Positions 59,718 through 64,000 of a DNA stretch of 64,000 bases are shown piece by piece (position 1 is the stretch's first letter; every line of letters begins with the position of its first letter). Source of the stretch: an uncultured Nitrospiraceae bacterium (GTDB lineage: Bacteria > Nitrospirota > Thermodesulfovibrionia > Thermodesulfovibrionales > Dissulfurispiraceae); contig CAVSHF010000003.1 in assembly GCA_963727805.1 (NCBI GenBank), positions 384,001-448,000 on the forward strand, given 5' to 3'. The position numbers were made by a program, and so were the translations under genes. Below the pieces are notes generated by a model. The model had not been told where the DNA came from. It ran no database searches and was given only the letters and a program-made list of their open reading frames with translations.

Positions 59718-62179
59718 ATGCCATGTTAGAACTCACCATAGACAACCAAAAAGTTGGGGTAGAGCCGGGGACAACCATTCTTGAAGCTGCCCTGCGGCAT
59801 GGCATCTATATTCCGAATCTCTGCTACGATCCTAGATTGAAACCCTACGGCGGATGCAGGTTGTGCCTTGTCGAAGTGCAGGGGCAGAGGAAGCTTATCG
59901 CGTCCTGTGCGACACCAGTCAAAGCGGAAATGGTCGTGCTTACCAACACACCGAAGATCGCCAAGGTCAGAAAAACGCTCCTCGAATTGCTGCTGCTCCA
60001 TCATCCCCTTGATTGTCCTGTCTGTGACAAGGCAGGCGAATGCAAACTGCAGGACCTTGTCTTTCTGTATGGCGCGTCTCAAAGCAGATTTTCTGCCGTA
60101 CGAAGACAGGAGACTGGGCTGATTGATTCCCCTCTTATTGCCCGGACAATGAGCCGGTGCATTCTTTGCGGCAAGTGTGTAAAGCTGTGCCATGATCATC
60201 AGGGTGCCCGGGCGGTGAACTTCATCGGCCGGGGATTCAAAACAAAGGTGAGCCCTGCCTTCGAGGAGACACTTGATTGCGATTTCTGCGGACAGTGCAT
60301 CGACGCCTGCCCGGTGGGGGCCCTTGGCAGCGGCGCGTATCGATCTCGGTCACGGAGTTGGTACGAAGAAGAGCACGCAACAATTTGTCCCTATTGCGGG
60401 TGCGGCTGTACGACTCACCTATTCATCAGAGAGGGAAGGATCATGCGCGCGCGGGGCAAACCGGGCACCGGAATCAACGATGGAGACCTTTGCGCCAAGG
60501 GCAGGTTCGGCTTTGATTTTATCTATGGTGAGACTAGGCTCACTACGCCACTTATCAAGAAAGACGGGAAGCATACGCCAGCAAGTTGGGAAGAAGCCCT
60601 CACCTACATAGCGAAAAAGCTCGACACCATTACCCAGGAGCACGGCCCTTCGGCAATCGGGGCACTGGGTTCACCGCGCTGCACTATGGAAGACAACTAC
60701 ATGCTTCAGCGTTTCATGCGCCAGGTAATCGGCAGTGACAATATCGATTCAATCGCCCGGTTTGGTCATGCTACTGTACAGATGGCCATAAATCAAATCC
60801 TCGGCGTTAGATTCCATCCCATTATTTGGGACGCGCCCCAGAAGGCCGATCTCATACTCGTACTGGAATCAGACATCACTTCGATGCTTCCGGTTTGGGG
60901 ACTCAATTTCATCAGGGCAAAGAACCATGAGGCGACACTCATCGTAGCCGATGCGCTCGACACCAAGCTGGCGAAGAACAGTTCACAGTGGTTGCAAATA
61001 CGCCCCGGTTCCGGCGAGTATCTTCTCAAGGGCATGATGAAGATATTGATCGACGAACGGGAACCGCTGCGGCGGCAGGCTGCGGAACTGCCGAATTTTG
61101 ACACCTTCATCGATAGCATCGAAAAGTTTACTCCTTCGTTCGTCTCCTCACTGACCGGATTGACCGAACAGGAAATAACGGACCTGGCGAGAGTCTATGC
61201 CGACTCAGAAAGGCGGCTGCTGGCCCTAACCCTGGGACCGTCAGAAAACAAGAAGGGTCTTAACACCCTTCGTTCTGCGGCAAACCTTGTCCTGCTTATG
61301 GGGGACGACCCTGCCACCCTGCAGATACCGGCTGAACTATGCAACACTCTTGGAATGTGGGCCATGGGAATACATCCACTCGCAGACGGTAAGGATGCTT
61401 ACGATATGCTGTACAAGGGTAGACTTGAGGCCCTTTACATTATGGGAGAAAATCCCCTTGTAACCTTCAAGAATTCTGAATTGGTGGAACTTAATCTGAG
61501 GGGCCTCGAGATGCTTGTTGTCCAGGACATCAATTACACGGATACGGCGCGACTTGGCGATGTCATTTTGCCCGCATGCAGCTGGGGTGAGAAGGATGGG
61601 ACATTTATGAATGCCACAGGACATGTTCAGGAAATGCGGCGCTTACTGCCCCAAACAGGACGTTCTCTTCCCGATTGGCAGATTTTCAGGGACCTCGCAC
61701 GGGTTATGAACAATGATCTGTCCAGCATCGAACTAGAGCAGATCAAGGAAGATGTCGGCAGGCTTGTTACGGAATTCAGACAATCAGCGGTGAATTCTCC
61801 GGCTCTTTATCCGGTCCGTGACCGTCCGCGAGAGGTCCCCGACGAGGACTATCCGCTGATTCTCGTGACTTCCGATCTGCCGCAGCATTCCGGCACACTG
61901 TCGGTGGAGTCGAGAAACCTCGGAAGCGCTCACTCCGATGCATATTTAAGAATCAATCCCGCCGATGCGGTGAAATATAACGTGTCTGATGACGATTTTG
62001 TGCGTCTGAGCTCGAGAAGGGGAGAGGTATACGTCAAAGCAAGAATCACATCTGACGTCATGGAAGGAATGGTTTTCGCCCCCATCCATTTCCCCCATGT
62101 AAGGATAAACAGTGTAACTCATGTGGCCATGTATGGCGAGGCGCCGTTGGATGCGGTGAGGGTCGATCCTCTTGACTAG
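59714..62179 (+). CDS. nuoG: NuoG/FdhA-like multi-Fe-S subunit with molybdopterin-oxidoreductase fold, lacking the Mo-ligating Cys/Sec
   Basis: [2Fe-2S] motif, HPLDCPVCDKAGEC, CILCGKC, CDFCGQCIDACP, CPYCGCGC; ARFGH at the FDH AR-x-C/U-H position; start may be ATG 59723. Confidence 0.8.
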   Translation: MNAMLELTIDNQKVGVEPGTTILEAALRHGIYIPNLCYDPRLKPYGGCRLCLVEVQGQRKLIASCATPVKAEMVVLTNTPKIAKVRKTLLELLLLHHPLDCPVCDKAGECKLQDLVFLYGASQSRFSAVRRQETGLIDSPLIARTMSRCILCGKCVKLCHDHQGARAVNFIGRGFKTKVSPAFEETLDCDFCGQCIDACPVGALGSGAYRSRSRSWYEEEHATICPYCGCGCTTHLFIREGRIMRARGKPGTGINDGDLCAKGRFGFDFIYGETRLTTPLIKKDGKHTPASWEEALTYIAKKLDTITQEHGPSAIGALGSPRCTMEDNYMLQRFMRQVIGSDNIDSIARFGHATVQMAINQILGVRFHPIIWDAPQKADLILVLESDITSMLPVWGLNFIRAKNHEATLIVADALDTKLAKNSSQWLQIRPGSGEYLLKGMMKILIDEREPLRRQAAELPNFDTFIDSIEKFTPSFVSSLTGLTEQEITDLARVYADSERRLLALTLGPSENKKGLNTLRSAANLVLLMGDDPATLQIPAELCNTLGMWAMGIHPLADGKDAYDMLYKGRLEALYIMGENPLVTFKNSELVELNLRGLEMLVVQDINYTDTARLGDVILPACSWGEKDGTFMNATGHVQEMRRLLPQTGRSLPDWQIFRDLARVMNNDLSSIELEQIKEDVGRLVTEFRQSAVNSPALYPVRDRPREVPDEDYPLILVTSDLPQHSGTLSVESRNLGSAHSDAYLRINPADAVKYNVSDDDFVRLSSRRGEVYVKARITSDVMEGMVFAPIHFPHVRINSVTHVAMYGEAPLDAVRVDPLD

Positions 62180-63036
62180 AATTTATCAGTCTGAGAACAG
62201 CAGATTTCCATTTTATTGAATAATAAGATCTCAACAGTCACTGTCGCGTGCTCTATTGTCATTGTTCCGAAGATCGTTGAAATTCTGGGACTGGAAGAGT
62301 AGTCGCAATTGTATCCGCCGGAAACCCTGAAAGATATGTCGTCCACCGGATTCGGATTGTTCTCGGCAAAATCTATCCTAGTCAATGAGGCCCCATTATA
62401 GCGACTTGCAAGTAAAACTTCCTGTGACGCATATGATTTCCGATAAGTATCTTCATAGTTCGCTATCGAGTTGGGGCTGTGAGGAGATGACGCAAATACC
62501 TTCACCTCCACACTTTCCATCCATTGAATCAATCGTGATTTTCCGGTACAAACATGGCATACCTACTTTTTTTCTAGACCGTTTAATTTTTCTTGGTCGT
62601 ATCGAGAACCTGCCTCTGTGAAGAGGATTATTTATGTCACCCCAAACGGCTTAATCAATACTTTGAGTGAAAGCCTGGGTGATTATCTAGAGAAATCTTT
62701 CTATCCTGATTTGACAGAATCCTTTCAGGATTCCATTGCTAAGATTTAAGGGCACTTAGAATCTTGCTTTTCTATTTCATAAAAGGTCCATAATATGTGT
62801 AAAAACAAATTTCGTATATTACAGGCGCCTGTTCACGAAACACTTCTTTTATGAACAGAGAGGATTCTCTTGTTCATGAACTTCGCGATTTCCCGTAAAG
62901 ACCTAGAGGGATCGATCTCATAGGTCTCAATTATCTTCATTTTATCGATCGGCGCGAGGCCCAAGCATTTTTTTTACAATGCAGCTTTTTTATGGAAAAT
63001 GTTAATTTATACAAATCAGGAAATTAAGAGAAAATG

Positions 63037-63168
63037 TGAAACGGCAGATCATGGAAAGAGAGGTTGTCGTGGCCATTATCGGCGGAAGACTCGATTTTGG
63101 TACTTGGGAACAGATATTTTACGGCGAGTTCGATGAAGGGAGAAGAAAAGGGTGTTGCTTAAGATAAT
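63037..63168 (+). repeat. Degenerate direct-repeat copy of the 3' end of yjbQ (second copy 63446-63578)
   Basis: 132/133-bp copies differing by 7 substitutions and one 1-nt indel. Confidence 0.9.
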
Positions 63169-63171
63169 CCC

Positions 63172-63588
63172 ATGAGGAGTTTCCGGAAAGAATTATGGTT
63201 CAATGTGCCCGTAAGGCGGGCATTTATCAATATAACCAATGAAGTTGAAGAATGCCTTAAGGAAAGCGCTGTCAAGGAGGGAATTGTCCTTGTTAATGCG
63301 ATGCATATTACGGCATCTGTTTTTATCAACGACGATGAATCAGGCCTCCATCACGACTATGATGTATGGCTTGAAAAACTCGCTCCACATGAACCCGTTT
63401 CTCAATACCGTCACAATGTTGGCGAGGACAATGCCGATGCGCATATGAAACGGCAGATCATGGGAAGAGAGGTCGTCGTGGCGATTACCGGCGGAAGACT
63501 CGATTTTGGTACCTGGGAACAGATATTTTACGGCGAGTTCGATGGAGGGAGAAGAAAGAGGGTGTTGGTTAAGATAATTGGGGAATGA
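63172..63588 (+). CDS. yjbQ: YjbQ family protein (secondary thiamine-phosphate synthase, UPF0047)
   Basis: [21 protein letters not shown] and [16 protein letters not shown] motifs. Confidence 0.92.
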   Translation: MRSFRKELWFNVPVRRAFINITNEVEECLKESAVKEGIVLVNAMHITASVFINDDESGLHHDYDVWLEKLAPHEPVSQYRHNVGEDNADAHMKRQIMGREVVVAITGGRLDFGTWEQIFYGEFDGGRRKRVLVKIIGE

Positions 63589-63740
63589 ATTGGTCGTCGG
63601 GCTGGATATAACGCAAGCCCAAGGTTACATTGCCATAACGTTTCCTGTTTCCATAAGAGATAGTCGAATACAATTCACATATCAATAGAGATTGCTGACT
63701 TTACCAAATTCTTGTTACATGACTGAATGCAAAGGAGTCC

Positions 63741-63848
63741 AATTTGCTGGATCAGCAGTTGCGGCAGCTTGAAAAGCAGTTTCTTCAAGAGGGCGGCTTC
63801 ACCGAAAAGCTCTATCAGATGCGACAGAGCACACGTAAAGTAAAATGA
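63741..63848 (+). pseudogene. C-terminal fragment of a four-helix-bundle-suffix-domain protein
   Basis: Reads NLLDQQLRQLEKQFLQEGGFTEKLYQMR, matching the LLD.Q...LE..F..EGGF.E.LY..R pattern; in-frame stop at 63720-63722 upstream. Confidence 0.6.
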
Positions 63849-63881
63849 ACAAGATCACTCGTTTCTATCACTGTTATTCCC

Positions 63882-64000
63882 ATGGATAAATCCGTCTTAG
63901 AAAAAGACACAGATATTCTCTTCCCCCATTTCACTGTTCTGAAAGCCTCAGCGGGGTCGGGCAAGACATACGCTCTTTCGCACCGTTTCGTCCAGTATCT
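63882..64000 (+). CDS. UvrD/AddA/RecB-type helicase, N-terminus (truncated by window end)
   Basis: MDKSVLEKDTDILFPHFTVLKASAGSGKTYALSHRFVQY with ASAGSGKT Walker A. Confidence 0.8.
   Translation, partial: MDKSVLEKDTDILFPHFTVLKASAGSGKTYALSHRFVQY

Noticed and set aside
59714..62179. Selenocysteine or cysteine formate dehydrogenase alpha subunit
   Set aside because: The metal-ligand position is Gly and there is no in-frame TGA
62176..62532. 118-aa minus-strand ORF after nuoG
   Set aside because: No clear RBS, no recognisable motif, in a decayed region; cannot be supported as a gene
63037..63578. yjbQ duplication as a DGR template/variable repeat pair
   Set aside because: Mismatches are A/G, T/C, C/G and an indel, not confined to adenines on one strand; no reverse transcriptase in the window

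Overview
Chromosomal core-genome window from a bacterium whose gene content resembles anaerobic/microaerobic Nitrospirota (Thermodesulfovibrio-like) or Deltaproteobacteria (inference, not verified). Left to right: a partial universal stress protein; an 11-gene complex I operon (nuoABCDHIJKLMN) with no nuoEFG; two motAB stator pairs flanking a PilZ protein; DMT transporter, HD-GYP protein, rarA; an MsrA whose catalytic Cys codon is an in-frame TGA followed by a SECIS-like hairpin (selenoprotein missed by the ORF track); an IS200/IS605-type right-end relic; purH-like, Fe-S, HIT, ABC-F and LysR genes; queE; a Zur-boxed zur-znuACB-ABC exporter operon; a 1423-aa secreted collagen-like protein built from eight 393-bp tandem repeats; an MCP with a CZB-like tail; pgpA-thpR-recA-recX-alaS; cydAB-rrf2; acyl-CoA dehydrogenase, pmbA, queD, hpt, patatin, CBS protein; and a second complex I-related operon (nuoD2, nuoI2, orphan membrane protein, receiver-NuoE fusion, HydB-like NuoF, NuoG-like protein). 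The most interesting signal is this second operon. It looks like a swappable electron-input head for the headless complex I, with its own NuoD/NuoI adaptors, electron-bifurcation-type NuoF motifs, a likely NADPH-permissive substitution and a fused (pseudo)receiver domain. The window ends in a decayed region around yjbQ and the start of a UvrD/AddA-type helicase. No rRNA, tRNA or CRISPR array was recognised.
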